DNA from: an uncultured Verrucomicrobiae bacterium
GTDB lineage: Bacteria > Verrucomicrobiota > Verrucomicrobiia > Chthoniobacterales > UBA10450
Reading direction: 5' to 3'
DNA: 64,000 bases
NCBI GenBank assembly: GCA_963726745.1
Contig: CAVSDR010000003.1
Coordinates: 1,116,078 to 1,180,077 of the forward strand
The notes beneath the pieces were generated by a model that searched no databases, was not told where the DNA came from, and saw only the letters and a list, made by a program, of their open reading frames with translations. Below, one piece after another: positions 29,947-40,956 of the stretch. The translations under genes and the position numbers were made by a program. Every line of letters begins with the position of its first letter. Position 1 is the stretch's first letter.

Positions 29947-31686
29947 ATGAAACGCACTCTCTCGCTCGTTTTCCTGGTCGCTTTTCTCGGTGCGCCGCTC
30001 GCGCCCGCGCTCACGGTCAAGCCGAACGCCGCTCCGGTCGTCAGCGCCGCGCTCACCGATTACCAGCAATATGTCCAGACCACGCGGGTGATCGACCTGA
30101 ACAGTTTCTTCCGCGACCCCGATGCCACCGCGGCGGTCAACGTGAACACCGTCGCCGGAGCGATGAACTTCACCCTCGATGGCGCGGCCGCGCCGCAGAC
30201 GGTGGCCAATTTCCTGAGCTACGTGAATGGCGGCCGCTATTACCAGGCCGATCCAAACGCCGGCGGCGCGATCGCTTCGCTCATGTTCCACCGTTCGGTC
30301 GCGGGCTTCGTGATTCAAGCCGGCGGCTTCATCGCGACTGCGGCCTCGAACGGCACCGACCTGGTGCCGACCGCGGTGCTCACGCTCGCGCCGGTGCCGA
30401 ACGAGCCGCTGATCTCGAACACGCGCGGGACGATCGCGATGGCCAAGCTCGGGGGCGATCCGAACAGCGCCACCAGCCAGTGGTTCATCAATCTCGCGGA
30501 TAACTCCGCCAACCTGGACAACCAAAATGGCGGCTTCACCGCCTTCGGTCACGTGGCCGCTGGCGGCATGGCTGTGGCCGATGCAATCGCGGCCTTCCCG
30601 CGCTTCAATTTTGGCGGCGCTTTCACCGACCTGCCGGTGCGCAATTACACGCAAACGGACTACAACACGGGCAAAAACGTCAAGGTCGCGAACGCGATCA
30701 CCATCCCGTCGATCACCCAGATCTCGCCGCTTAATTTTGCCGCCTCGAGCAACAACCCGGGCGCGATCACCGCCACCGCCAGCGGCGCGAACTTGCTCGT
30801 GACCGCTTTCACTCTCGGCTCCGCCACGATCACCGTGACCGCGACCGACCTCGATGGCCTCTCGGTTTCGCAGAGCTTCGTCGTCACCGCGATCGCCGCG
30901 CCTGCGCGCCTGCGGAACATCGCCACGCGGGCGAATTTCCCCACGGGCAGCGAAGTCCTCGCGGGTGGCTTCATCGTGCGCGGCGGGACCTCGAAGAAGC
31001 TCGTGGTGCGCGCGATCAGCACCAGCCTGGGCGTGGCCAATGCGCTGCCCGATCCGACCCTCGAGCTGCTCAATGCCGGTGGCGCGGTCATCGCTTCGAA
31101 TAATAACTGGGGCGATTCGCCCGACCGGCAGCAACTGATCGACCTCGCGATCGCGCCCAGTGGCGCGACCGAGTCGGCGCTCATCGCCACCGTCCCGTCG
31201 CAGGACGCAAACATCACCACCTACACGGCGCGCGTGCGCAGCGCGAACGGTGCGCCGGGCGTGGCCTCGATCGAGATCTACGACATCGACAGCGCTCCCG
31301 GCTCGACCTTTCGCAACATCTCCACGCTCGGCCCAGTCGGGACCGATGCGAATGTCCTCATCGGCGGTTTCATCGTCCGCGGCGACGATTTCCGCCGCGT
31401 GATCATCCGTGGTCTTGGGCCTTCCTTGAGCGGCCGCGGCGTGAGCGGCGCGCTGACTGACCCGGCGATTAAGGTGGTCAATAACCAGGGCACAACCGTG
31501 GGGATGAACGATAACTGGCAGACCGATCCCGGAGCCGGCGAGATGCAGACCATCGGCCTCCAGCCGAGCGACCCGCGCGAAGCGGCGGTGATCATCAACG
31601 TCCCCTCCGGCGAATACACCGCCACCGTCGCCGGGGTGAGCAACACCACCGGCGTGGGCCAGGTGGAAGTGTTCGTGGTGCAGTAA
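29947..31686 (+). CDS. Secreted cyclophilin-type PPIase with Ig-like and tandem NIATR/NIST domains
   Basis: APQTVANFLSY, FHRSVAGFVIQAGG, NTRGTIAMAK, SATSQWFINL, FTAFG; RLRNIATR and FRNISTLG repeats. Confidence 0.88.
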   Translation: MKRTLSLVFLVAFLGAPLAPALTVKPNAAPVVSAALTDYQQYVQTTRVIDLNSFFRDPDATAAVNVNTVAGAMNFTLDGAAAPQTVANFLSYVNGGRYYQADPNAGGAIASLMFHRSVAGFVIQAGGFIATAASNGTDLVPTAVLTLAPVPNEPLISNTRGTIAMAKLGGDPNSATSQWFINLADNSANLDNQNGGFTAFGHVAAGGMAVADAIAAFPRFNFGGAFTDLPVRNYTQTDYNTGKNVKVANAITIPSITQISPLNFAASSNNPGAITATASGANLLVTAFTLGSATITVTATDLDGLSVSQSFVVTAIAAPARLRNIATRANFPTGSEVLAGGFIVRGGTSKKLVVRAISTSLGVANALPDPTLELLNAGGAVIASNNNWGDSPDRQQLIDLAIAPSGATESALIATVPSQDANITTYTARVRSANGAPGVASIEIYDIDSAPGSTFRNISTLGPVGTDANVLIGGFIVRGDDFRRVIIRGLGPSLSGRGVSGALTDPAIKVVNNQGTTVGMNDNWQTDPGAGEMQTIGLQPSDPREAAVIINVPSGEYTATVAGVSNTTGVGQVEVFVVQ

Positions 31687-31720
31687 ACGAGCCGCCAGCG
31701 AGAGTCGGCGAAAGTGCTGG

Positions 31721-32494
31721 CTAAGCCTCAGCCCGGTCGCTCGCCGCGTGCACGATTTGCGCAAAGCTGCGCGGGTCGAGCGCGGCCCCGCCCACGAGCG
31801 CACCGTCGATGTCCGGCTGCTGCATGAGCTCGCGGGCGTTATCCGGCTTCACGCTGCCGCCGTATTGAATGCGGATGCGCGCGGCCGTGGCGTCATCGGA
31901 GATTTCCGCGAGCGTCTGGCGCACGAAGGCATGCGCTTCCTGCGCCTGCGCGGTGCTTGCGACCTTGCCGGTGCCGATCGCCCAGACCGGCTCGTAGGCC
32001 ACCACGGTGTCGGCTAATTCTTTCGCGCTCAAGTCTGCCAGGCTCCCGCGGAGCTGGGTGCCGAGCACCTTCTCCACCTGGTTCGCCTCGCGCTGCTCGA
32101 GCGTCTCGCCAATGCAAAGGATCGGCCGCAGCCCGGCCTCGTGCGCCGCGCGCACCTTGCGGTTTACGATTTCATCCGTCTCGCCAAGTAACTGCCGGCG
32201 CTCGCTATGGCCGAGGACGACGTAGCGCACGAAAAGTTCGCGCAGCATCGCGGCGCTGATCTCGCCGGTAAACGCCCCGCCTTTTTCCCAAAACATGTTC
32301 TGCGCGCCGAGCTTCACGTTGCCCGTCTGGTGAATCGCTTCGCTCACCCGGCCGAGCGCGGTGAACGGCGGCACGAGCACGATCTCGACGTCGTTCGCTT
32401 CGCCGATCTCGCGCAGGAACGTCTCCACGAAATCCGCCGCTTCCTGCTGCGTCTTGTTCATCTTCCAGTTGGCCGCGACGATTTTCTTGCGCAT
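31721..32494 (-). CDS. tpiA: Triosephosphate isomerase
   Basis: ANWKMN, GHSERR, AYEPVWAIGTG, YGGSVKP. Confidence 0.97.
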   Translation of the reverse strand: MRKKIVAANWKMNKTQQEAADFVETFLREIGEANDVEIVLVPPFTALGRVSEAIHQTGNVKLGAQNMFWEKGGAFTGEISAAMLRELFVRYVVLGHSERRQLLGETDEIVNRKVRAAHEAGLRPILCIGETLEQREANQVEKVLGTQLRGSLADLSAKELADTVVAYEPVWAIGTGKVASTAQAQEAHAFVRQTLAEISDDATAARIRIQYGGSVKPDNARELMQQPDIDGALVGGAALDPRSFAQIVHAASDRAEA

Positions 32495-32498
32495 AAAA

Positions 32499-33711
32499 TT
32501 ATTTCCGGTCGGAGAGAGCCGCCACGCCGGGCAATTCCTTGCCCTCGATCAATTCCAGCGAGGCCCCGCCGCCGGTGGAAATAAACGTCATCTTGTCGGC
32601 TAACCCGGCCTGCTTGACCGCGGTCACGGAGTCGCCGCCGCCAATGATCGTGGTCGCGTCCGATTTAGCCAGCGCCTCGGCGATCGCGATCGTGCCGTCG
32701 GCAAAATCGGGAATCTCGAAGACGCCCACGGGCCCGTTCCAGAGAATCGTCTTCGCCTTCCTGATCTCGTCTTCGTAAAGCGCGATCGTCGCGTGGCCGA
32801 TGTCGACCGCCTGCCAGCCGTCGCTGATCCCGTGGCCTTCGGTCACCTTGCCGGTGTTGCGCTTGTTCGCGCCGGCCTTGAATTCATCGGTCTCGAGTGC
32901 GTCGACCGGCAGGAGAAACTTCACGCCTTTCTTCTTCGCGTGCTCCAGAAGTTCGCGCGCGAGATCGAGCTTGTCCGCTTCCACTTTGCTCGCGCCCACA
33001 GGGATGCCCTGCGCTTTCCAGAAGGTGTTCGCCATCGCGCCGCCGATCAAAATCGTGTCGGCTTTTTCCATCAGCGCTTTGATCACGCCGATCTTATCCG
33101 AAACCTTCGAGCCGCCCATGATCACGACGAACGGCTTGGCCGGCTTTTCCAATTCGCCGCCGAGATATTTCAGCTCCTTCTCCATCAGGAAACCCATCGC
33201 GGATTGCCCGATGAACTGCGTGATTCCCGCCGTGCTGGCGTGCGCCCGATGGGCCGCGCCGAAAGCGTCGTTTACGTAGACGTCGCCTAAATTAGCCAGC
33301 GCTTCGGCGAACTGCCGGATCGTTCCCTTCCTCGCCCGCCTGGAAGCGGACATTCTCCAGGAGCGTCACGTCGCCCGGCTGCATGTGCGCGATGATTTCC
33401 TCCGGGATTTTGCCGACGGTTTCATGGGCAAACGCCACCGGGTGATCGATCAAGGTGTGCAGGTGATCGGCCACCGCGCGCAGGGAATACTTCTCGTTCG
33501 GCTGTCCCTTCGGCCGGCCGAAGTGCGCCATCAAAATCGTCTTCGCCCCGTGCTCGCGCAGATAATTGATCGTCGGCAGCGATTCACGGATCCGGGTGTC
33601 GTCCGTGATGTGGAAATGGTCGCCATGCGCTTCCACCGGGACATTGAAATCCACGCGCAGAAGGACGCGTTTCCCGTGCACGTCGAGGTCTTTCAGGGTG
33701 AGCTTTTTCAT
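32499..33711 (-). CDS. pgk: Phosphoglycerate kinase (apparent frameshift near 33320)
   Basis: RVDFNVP, HFGRP, LLENVRF; then [30 protein letters not shown]. Confidence 0.95.
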
Positions 33712-33780
33712 TGCAGTGAACTCCCGTGATCGTCCTCCAACTCGCGTTTTGGACAAAGCGCGAACCGGGTGACGACGAAA

Positions 33781-34782
33781 TTACTTCCCGAGCAACTCCA
33801 GCATCTGCACGCAGCGGTTGCTGTAGCCCCACTCGTTGTCGTACCAGCCGACGACCTTCACGAACTTCTCCCCGAGGGCGAGCGTGAGCCCGCTGTCGAA
33901 GATGCAGGAGTGCGGGTTGCCCACGATGTCCTGGAGGACGAGCGGCTCGTCGGAGTATTCCAGGATGCCTTTGAACTTCGCGGTGCCGGCGGCTTCCTTA
34001 AAGGCGGCGTTCACTTCCTCGGCGGTCGCTTTGTTCTTCAGGATGGCGGTGAAATCGGTCACGGAACCGTCCGGCGTCGGGACGCGGAAAGCGCCGCCGT
34101 TGAGCTTCCCTTTGAGCTCGGGAATGACTTCGCCGATGGCCTTGGCCGCGCCGGTGCTCGACGGGACGATGTTGACCGCGGCCGCGCGCGCGCGCCGGAG
34201 GTCTTCGTGCGGCAGGTCAAGGATGCGCTGGTCGTTCGTGTAGCTGTGGATCGTGCTCATGAAGCCGGCTTCGAGGCCGAACTTGTCGTTTAAAACTTTC
34301 GCCAGCGGCGCGAGGCAATTGGTCGTGCAGCTCGCGTTCGAGACTACGGTCATCTTCGCGGGGTCGTAGATCTCGTCGTTAATCCCGAGGCAAATGGTCG
34401 CGTCCGGATTTTTCGCCGGGGCGCTGATGAGCACGCGCTTCGCGCCGCCTTTGCTGATGTGCAGCTCGGCCTTGTCGCGGCTGGTGAAAAAGCCGGTCGA
34501 TTCCATGACCACGTCCACGCCGAGGCTCTTCCACGGGAGCGCCGCCGGGTCGCGCTCTTTCATGATCCGAATCTTGTGCCCGCGGACGATGATGTTCTCG
34601 GCGTCGTGCCCGATCTCGCCGTCAAATTTCCCGTGCACCGAGTCCCACTTCAGGAGATGCGCCAGGGTGGCGGTGTCAGTGAGATCGTTGATGCCTTTGA
34701 CGCGCTCGACTTCCTGCTGCGACATGGCTCGCAGAACGTTGCGCCCGATGCGGCCGAAGCCGTTGATTCCGTAGTTTGCCAT
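33781..34782 (-). CDS. gap: Glyceraldehyde-3-phosphate dehydrogenase
   Basis: GINGFGRIGR, SNASCTTNCL, WYDNEWGYS. Confidence 0.98.
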   Translation of the reverse strand: MANYGINGFGRIGRNVLRAMSQQEVERVKGINDLTDTATLAHLLKWDSVHGKFDGEIGHDAENIIVRGHKIRIMKERDPAALPWKSLGVDVVMESTGFFTSRDKAELHISKGGAKRVLISAPAKNPDATICLGINDEIYDPAKMTVVSNASCTTNCLAPLAKVLNDKFGLEAGFMSTIHSYTNDQRILDLPHEDLRRARAAAVNIVPSSTGAAKAIGEVIPELKGKLNGGAFRVPTPDGSVTDFTAILKNKATAEEVNAAFKEAAGTAKFKGILEYSDEPLVLQDIVGNPHSCIFDSGLTLALGEKFVKVVGWYDNEWGYSNRCVQMLELLGK

Positions 34783-34933
34783 AAAATAAATGCTCCGATG
34801 GGTTGCCCCGCGCCGGCGGGAATCCGCGGGCGGGAGATACCACTAGAACGCGCTAACGACTGAGGCAAACAGGGAATCGCGCAGCGGCTTTTTGAACAAG
34901 CACGCCCCCGCCGGCGTCGAAAAGCGCACCGCC

Positions 34934-35614
34934 ATGATCTCGCTGTCTAAAAATCTTGCGGCCGCCTTTTGTCTCGCGGCCGGCCTGCTCGGGCAATCCG
35001 CGGTCGCGGCGCGGCGCGAACCTTCCCCCGTGCGGACGATCCTGATGCTGGGCGACAGCCTGACCGACGGCTACGGCCTGACCCGCCGCGAGGCTTACCC
35101 GGCGCTGGTCGCCGAGAAGCTGCGCGCGGCTGGGGTGCGCGCGGAGGTGATCAACGCCGGCGTGAGCGGCGACACCACCGGCGGCGGGCTTGCGCGGCTC
35201 CCGCGTTACCTCGATCGGCCAATCGACGTGCTCGTGCTCGAGCTCGGAATTAACGACGCTTTCCGCGGCGTGCCGCTCGACCAGATGCGGGCGAACCTGC
35301 AGGCTATCATCGATCGCACCCGCGCGAAAAACCCGCGCGCTCGGGTGGTCATCGCCGGGATGCAGCTCCCGCTTTTCGGCGCCGATGGCTACGTGCGCGC
35401 CTTCGGCGAAATGTTCGGCGAGCTCGCGCAGAAAAACGACGCCATCCTCATCCCTTACCTGCTCGCGGGCGTCGGCGGCGACCCCCAGCTGAACCTTGGC
35501 GACCACATCCACCCGAACGCCGCCGGGCAGCGCGTGCTCGCGGAAACGGTCTGGCGCGCGCTCCAGCCCTTGCTCACAAAAGAGTCCGGGAGGGTCTCCG
35601 GCGGCGAATCCTAA
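34934..35614 (+). CDS. SGNH arylesterase (TesA-like)
   Basis: GDSLT, NAGVSGDT, LGINDA, DHIHPN. Confidence 0.9.
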   Translation: MISLSKNLAAAFCLAAGLLGQSAVAARREPSPVRTILMLGDSLTDGYGLTRREAYPALVAEKLRAAGVRAEVINAGVSGDTTGGGLARLPRYLDRPIDVLVLELGINDAFRGVPLDQMRANLQAIIDRTRAKNPRARVVIAGMQLPLFGADGYVRAFGEMFGELAQKNDAILIPYLLAGVGGDPQLNLGDHIHPNAAGQRVLAETVWRALQPLLTKESGRVSGGES

Positions 35615-35616
35615 GC

Positions 35617-35886
35617 ATGGACCCAGCAAACCCGCACAACCTGCACGACACCGCCGACCACGAAGTCCTGGAAACGATCCACATCGGGACGGATGGAAAC
35701 GATTGCGACGAATGCGTGCGCCAACTGCGGGAGCCGCTGATGAAGATCAACGGCGTGACCGAGGTAAAGGCCGACCCGAAAGCCGAGCGCGTCACCGTGA
35801 CCTTCGACGCCCGCAAAGCGCACGCGCCCGAGATTCACGACGCGATCCTGGCCAGCGGCTACCAGCCGGCGCCGACGACGACCTAG
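35617..35886 (+). CDS. Heavy-metal-associated (CopZ-like) protein
   Basis: CDEC motif, INGV, ASGY; His-containing N-terminal extension. Confidence 0.8.
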   Translation: MDPANPHNLHDTADHEVLETIHIGTDGNDCDECVRQLREPLMKINGVTEVKADPKAERVTVTFDARKAHAPEIHDAILASGYQPAPTTT

Positions 35887-36917
35887 ACCGCGGGCTGCTG
35901 CTGCGTCAGGCAGTGGAATGCACCGAGGCCCCAGATGAGCTCGCGGCAATCGATCGGAATGACGCGGCGTTTTGGGAAGGCGGCTTGCACGATTTCGGTC
36001 GCCGCGGCGTCGTTTGGATCGGCAAAAACAGGCAGCAGGATGGTCTTGTTCGCGAGGTAAAAGTTCGCGTAGCTCGCCGGCAGCGGCTGGCCGTCGCGGA
36101 TGATTTTCGCGGGCATCGGGAGCTCGACGATCTCCAGCGGTTTGCTGTCTAATTTCAGCGCGCGCAAGCGGGCAAGGTTTTCCTGCAAGGGGGCATAGTT
36201 CGAGTCATCACGGTTCGATTCCACCACCGTGAGCACAGTGCGTTCGCCGACGAAGCGGGTCAGGTCGTCGATGTGTCCATCGGTGTCGTCCCCTTCGATC
36301 CCGTCGCCTAACCAGAGGATCTCGCGCACGCCGAGGTAGTCGCGCATCCGCTGTTCGATCTCGGCTTTGCCTAACGAGGGATTGCGGTTGGGATTGAGCA
36401 GGCAAGCCTCGGAGGTGAGGAGCGCGCCGGCGCCGTTGAGCTCGATCGAGCCGCCCTCGAGAATCATCTTCGGATAGAAAACTGGCAGCCCGAGTTTCTC
36501 GGCCACGCGCGTGGGGACGACGTCATCGAGATCGTGCGGCGGATACTTTCCGCCCCAGGCATTGTAGTCCCAGTCGACCACTGCCAGCCGCGGCTCCTCG
36601 TCGCGGACGAGAAAAATGGGCCCATGGTCGCGACACCACGGCTCGTTTGTCGGGATCAGATGGTAGGTGATTCGCTCCGGCGCGACGCCGTCCAGCACCT
36701 TCCTCGCCTCGGCTTCGTGCGCGCCATTACACACATTGATGTTCACCGGTTCGGACTCGGCGATTGCCTCAACCATTTTGCGAAAGGTCGGCAGGACGCG
36801 GTCGTAAGCGTCGGGGAAACTGATGCCTTCGCGGCGCGGCCAGGAAAGCCAGGTGGCGCTGTGCGGTTCCCATTCCGCGGGCATGCGGTAGCCGAGAGAA
36901 GCGGGTGTGTCGGGCAT
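35883..36917 (-). CDS. aguA: Agmatine deiminase family protein
   Basis: MPAEWEPH, WCRDHGP, LEGGSI, DDTDGHID, ASYANF, GAFHCLTQQ. Confidence 0.92.
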   Translation of the reverse strand: MPDTPASLGYRMPAEWEPHSATWLSWPRREGISFPDAYDRVLPTFRKMVEAIAESEPVNINVCNGAHEAEARKVLDGVAPERITYHLIPTNEPWCRDHGPIFLVRDEEPRLAVVDWDYNAWGGKYPPHDLDDVVPTRVAEKLGLPVFYPKMILEGGSIELNGAGALLTSEACLLNPNRNPSLGKAEIEQRMRDYLGVREILWLGDGIEGDDTDGHIDDLTRFVGERTVLTVVESNRDDSNYAPLQENLARLRALKLDSKPLEIVELPMPAKIIRDGQPLPASYANFYLANKTILLPVFADPNDAAATEIVQAAFPKRRVIPIDCRELIWGLGAFHCLTQQQPAV

Positions 36918-36959
36918 CCGGCAATTAACCGCAGTGGCGCGGAGAACGCAGAGCTTTTC

Positions 36960-39346
36960 TCAAAGCGCGGCCCGCCGCTGTTGCGCCGCGAGGAGCGGCG
37001 GGAACTCGAGCAGCGCGGGCGAAGTGCTTTTGTCGACGTAATGCTGGGCCGCGGCTTTCAATTCGTGCCAGCGATTCCACTCGAATTCCGGCGCGTGCAC
37101 GATGTGGCGCAGGAGGCTGCGCCATTCCATGAGCGCGCGCTCGATGTCGCCCGTGCGCAGGGCTTCACTCGTTAGGCGGCTTTTCGCGGTGAGGTTTTCC
37201 GTGACCTCGCGGATCACTTCCGAAGCGCCCGAGCCGTAATGCGCCGGCACGCCCATCTCGAGGTAGCCGGGATAGTCAGCGCGTTGGTAGACCCGCTGGC
37301 TGAGGATTCCGAGGCGCCCGCCCATGGGCGCATCTTCCCCGGCGAACCGCGGCCCGCCGCGGATGTTTGCCAGGTCGAAGATGAGATCGTCGATCGGGTA
37401 ACTCACGTCCTCGAGCGCGGCCGCGATCGCGAGGCCTTCGCCACCTTGAAAGAAGGAAAAGATCACGCCGCGGCGCGTGGGTTGGCCGTCGTGCTCCACC
37501 AAACCCAGCCGGCGCCAGGCCCAGGCGGGCGAATGGGTGATCTCGCTGGCTAAATCGTGCTCCCGCTGGTCGCACTCGCGGCAAACCAGCGGCATCGCCT
37601 CGCGCTCCGGCGGATCGAGCAGCGCGCGGCCTAACGAATCCAAAATAGCCGGCATCTTCACCGCGGAGAAATCGATCCGCGCGCTGATCGTGCGATTGCG
37701 GGTGACGATTTCGTCCACCGTGCCGCCGGTCTCTCGCACGACCACTTGCACCGCCGCGACCGCGAAATCGCAGTCCGGCAGCGAGGCAAGGCCTTGTTTC
37801 CGGAGCCACTTCACCGGGAGAACGACATCATTCTCGCCCAGCGTGGCCAACGGGATTTCCCGGCCGTAGATCCCGCGCTCGCGCAGCCGGCAGAGGTTGC
37901 CGAAGCCGCGGCCGTCGAGCAGGCGCGGGAGCGAAAGCGCCGGGACCCAGCGGTCGCCCTCGCGGCAGAGAATGTCGCCTAACGAGATTTCGCGCGACTC
38001 GCCTTTCGGTTCCCATTCGCCGGCGGAGTTGAGCATTTCCGTGATCGGCCGCCGGACAAAGCGCGCCCGCTCCGCATCGACCCAGAGGCCGCACGGCCGC
38101 GCGCCCACGGCTAACGAGTGCTCCACCCCCAGCGGCACCTTCTGCGGGCTGAAAAGCGAGTGCGTCAGCTCGACCGCGGCGGCAAAGGGCGCCTCGCGGT
38201 CGCGCATCACGCTGATCAAGCTGGGCCAATCCATTTGCGCGGCGCGTTTCAGTTGCCGCGGACGCGCATCGCTCAGCCGCGGGATGTCCGGGAGCAGGAG
38301 CACGTAACCGGTTTCGTCGAGCCCGCGGCGGCCGGCGCGGCCGAACATTTGCAGGAGTTCATCCGGCTGCACGTGCCGCTCGAAGTTGCCGGCTAAATAA
38401 CGCGTGCCGGTGATGAGCACCGAGCGCATGGAGAAATTGATCCCGGCCGCGAGCCCCATGGTCGCGACCACGGCGTTGAGCTGGCCGTTTTTCGCCAGCG
38501 GCTCGATCAAGCCCGCGCGCACGGCGTAGCTCAGCCCGCTGTGATGATAGGCCACGCGGCTACGGAGCAATTTTGCCAGCCGTTTCCCGGCGAGCGCTTC
38601 CTGCGCCGGCGAAAGGACGAGCGGATCGCGCACGGTCAGCGCGGAGGCGAGGGCTTGCGCCATCTCTTCGGCGGCGTTGCGGCGCGGGGCAAAGACGAGC
38701 ACCGGCGCGAGGTCGGCGCGGAGCGCGCGGCCGATCATGCGCGGCCAAAAGCTGCGCGAGTTCACAAATTGCGAATCGGACAGGTTCTGCAGGTTCACTT
38801 CCTCGAGCGGGACCGGCCGCTCCGCGTGCGAGATGAGGACCGCGTCGCGGCCGATGCGCCGCAGCCAGGCGACGACATCCTGCGGGATTCCCCACGCTGC
38901 CGCTGAGGAGCAGGAGTTGCGTCTCGCGAGGCGCGAGGGCGAGCGCGAGCTCGTAATGCACCCCGCGCACCGGGTCGCCGAGCATCTGGTATTCATCGAC
39001 CACGAGGAGCTGCGGGCCATCGCGCCGGAGGAAGCGGGTGCGCTGCGTCTCGAGCGTGGCCACGACCACCTTGGCGTGCGTGTTCAAGGCGAGGTCGCCG
39101 GTGGCAATGCCGACATCCCAGCCGCGCGCGCGCCACTCGGCGAGCTTGTCGTTAGCCAGCGCGCTCGTCGGGCACGGTGAAAATAGCCTGCCCTTTGAGC
39201 GACGGATAAAGCAGCTCGAAGATGTAGGTCTTGCCCGAGCCGGTGGGCGCCTGCACGACCACGTCGCGGCCTTCGCGAAGGGCGCGCACCGCTTCCTGTT
39301 GCCACAGGTCCGGGACGACTAAATGGATCTCGAGCCCGGCCGACAT
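36960..39346 (-). CDS. DEAD/DEAH-box SF2 helicase, Ski2/HelY-like (apparent frameshifts near 39165 and 38885)
   Basis: APTGSGKT, TVPT-RALAND, VVDEYQ, HHSGL, LAAGIN, QMFGRAGRRG spread over three frames. Confidence 0.85.
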
Positions 39347-39447
39347 GCGCGACGGTCGCGGCGGAGATTGCGCCCATCAACCAAACAACGCGCCGCGCGG
39401 CATTTCCCCGCTGGCGTTCGTGCGGAGTGCCCTTATCGTCCCATCCC

Positions 39448-40956
39448 ATGATTCAAAGTCCCCCGACGCTGGTGCCGCGCTGCGTCGTCGGCATCGAGGG
39501 CCTGGATGATATTCTCGGCGGCGGCGTCCCGAGCAATCGCCTCTACTTGATCGAAGGGAAACCGGGCACGGGCAAGACCACGCTGGCGCTGCAATTCCTG
39601 CTCGAAGGGGTGAAGAACGGCCAGGAAGGCCTCTACATCACGCTCTCGGAAACCCGCGAGGAACTCGAGGAAGTGGCCTACTCGCACGGGTGGGATTTGA
39701 CCAAGATCAACGTGCTCGAGCTCTCCGCGATCGAGGCGCAGCTCTCGGCTTCCGCGCAGAACACGCTCTTCCATTCCTCGGAGGTCGAGCTCACGCAGAC
39801 GACCCAGCTTTTTCTCGACGAGATCAACCGCGTGCAGCCCGCGCGCGTGGTCCTGGATTCGCTCTCGGAATTGCGCCTGCTCGCGCAATCGGCCCTGCGC
39901 TATCGGCGCGAGGTCCTGGCGTTGAAGCAATTTCTCATTGGGCGCGCCTGCACCACGCTCCTGCTGGACGATGGCACCGGCGAAGCGAGCGACCCGCAAG
40001 TGCAGAGCCTGGCGCATGGCGTGATCACGCTCGAGCAACTTGCGCCCGATTATGGCAGCGACCGGCGCCGGCTGCGGGTGGTGAAAATTCGCGGAAGCAA
40101 GTATCGCGGTGGCTTCCACGATTTCGTGATCCAGACGGGTGGCATCGCGGTTTTCCCGCGCTTGATCGCGGCGGAACATCTGCGCGACTTCGAACACACG
40201 AATGTCTCCAGCGGCATTCCCGGCCTCGACTCGCTCCTCGGCGGCGGACTCACCCGCGGGACGAGCACGCTTTTCATCGGCCCGGCGGGTTCGGGGAAAT
40301 CCACCATCGGTTTGCAGTTCATGCTCGAGGCGGCGCGGCGCGGGGAGAAGTCGGCCCTTTATACTTTTGACGAGACGGTCGCGACGGTAATGATGCGCGC
40401 GGACAAGCTCGGGCTGCAGCTCGAGAAAGCGGTGCGCCAGGGGATGATCCAGATCCACCAAATCGATCCGGCGGACAAATCGCCGGGCGAATTTGCCTTC
40501 GATATCCGCAAGGCGGTGGAGCGGGACGGCGTCCGCTTTGTCCAGATCGACAGCCTCAACGGCTACCTCCATTCGATGGTCGAGGAGCATTCGCTCGCGC
40601 TGCAATTGCACGAGCTTTTCACTTACCTGAACCAACAAGGCGTCGTCTCCATGATGATGGTCGCGCCGCACGGCATGCTCGGGCAAATGCATGCGCCGAT
40701 CGACGTGACCTACCTGGCCGACACCGTCCTGGCGCTGCGTTTTTACGAAGCCGAGGGCGCAGTCCACAAGGCCATCTCGGTGATCAAAAAGCGCACCGGC
40801 CAGCACGAGCAAACCATCCGTGAGCTGGTGATGGAATATCGCCATCTCATCATCGGCCGGGCGCTCTCAGACTTCCGCGGGATCTTCACCGGGGTGCCGC
40901 AGCCCGAGCGTCCTCCGCGGAAAACGGCCGTGCTGAGCGAAGATGAAGTCGGCTGA
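39448..40956 (+). CDS. KaiC-like double-domain ATPase
   Basis: Two RecA-like domains (GKPGTGKT, GPAGSGKS), VVKIRGS, TYLADTV, VIKKRTG. Confidence 0.9.
   Translation: MIQSPPTLVPRCVVGIEGLDDILGGGVPSNRLYLIEGKPGTGKTTLALQFLLEGVKNGQEGLYITLSETREELEEVAYSHGWDLTKINVLELSAIEAQLSASAQNTLFHSSEVELTQTTQLFLDEINRVQPARVVLDSLSELRLLAQSALRYRREVLALKQFLIGRACTTLLLDDGTGEASDPQVQSLAHGVITLEQLAPDYGSDRRRLRVVKIRGSKYRGGFHDFVIQTGGIAVFPRLIAAEHLRDFEHTNVSSGIPGLDSLLGGGLTRGTSTLFIGPAGSGKSTIGLQFMLEAARRGEKSALYTFDETVATVMMRADKLGLQLEKAVRQGMIQIHQIDPADKSPGEFAFDIRKAVERDGVRFVQIDSLNGYLHSMVEEHSLALQLHELFTYLNQQGVVSMMMVAPHGMLGQMHAPIDVTYLADTVLALRFYEAEGAVHKAISVIKKRTGQHEQTIRELVMEYRHLIIGRALSDFRGIFTGVPQPERPPRKTAVLSEDEVG

Noticed and set aside
29887..31803. 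Long antisense ORFs (638 aa here; also 4672-6066, 39433-40845, 59698-61185, 61136-62650)
   Set aside because: Shadow ORFs of GC-rich genes with no recognisable motifs
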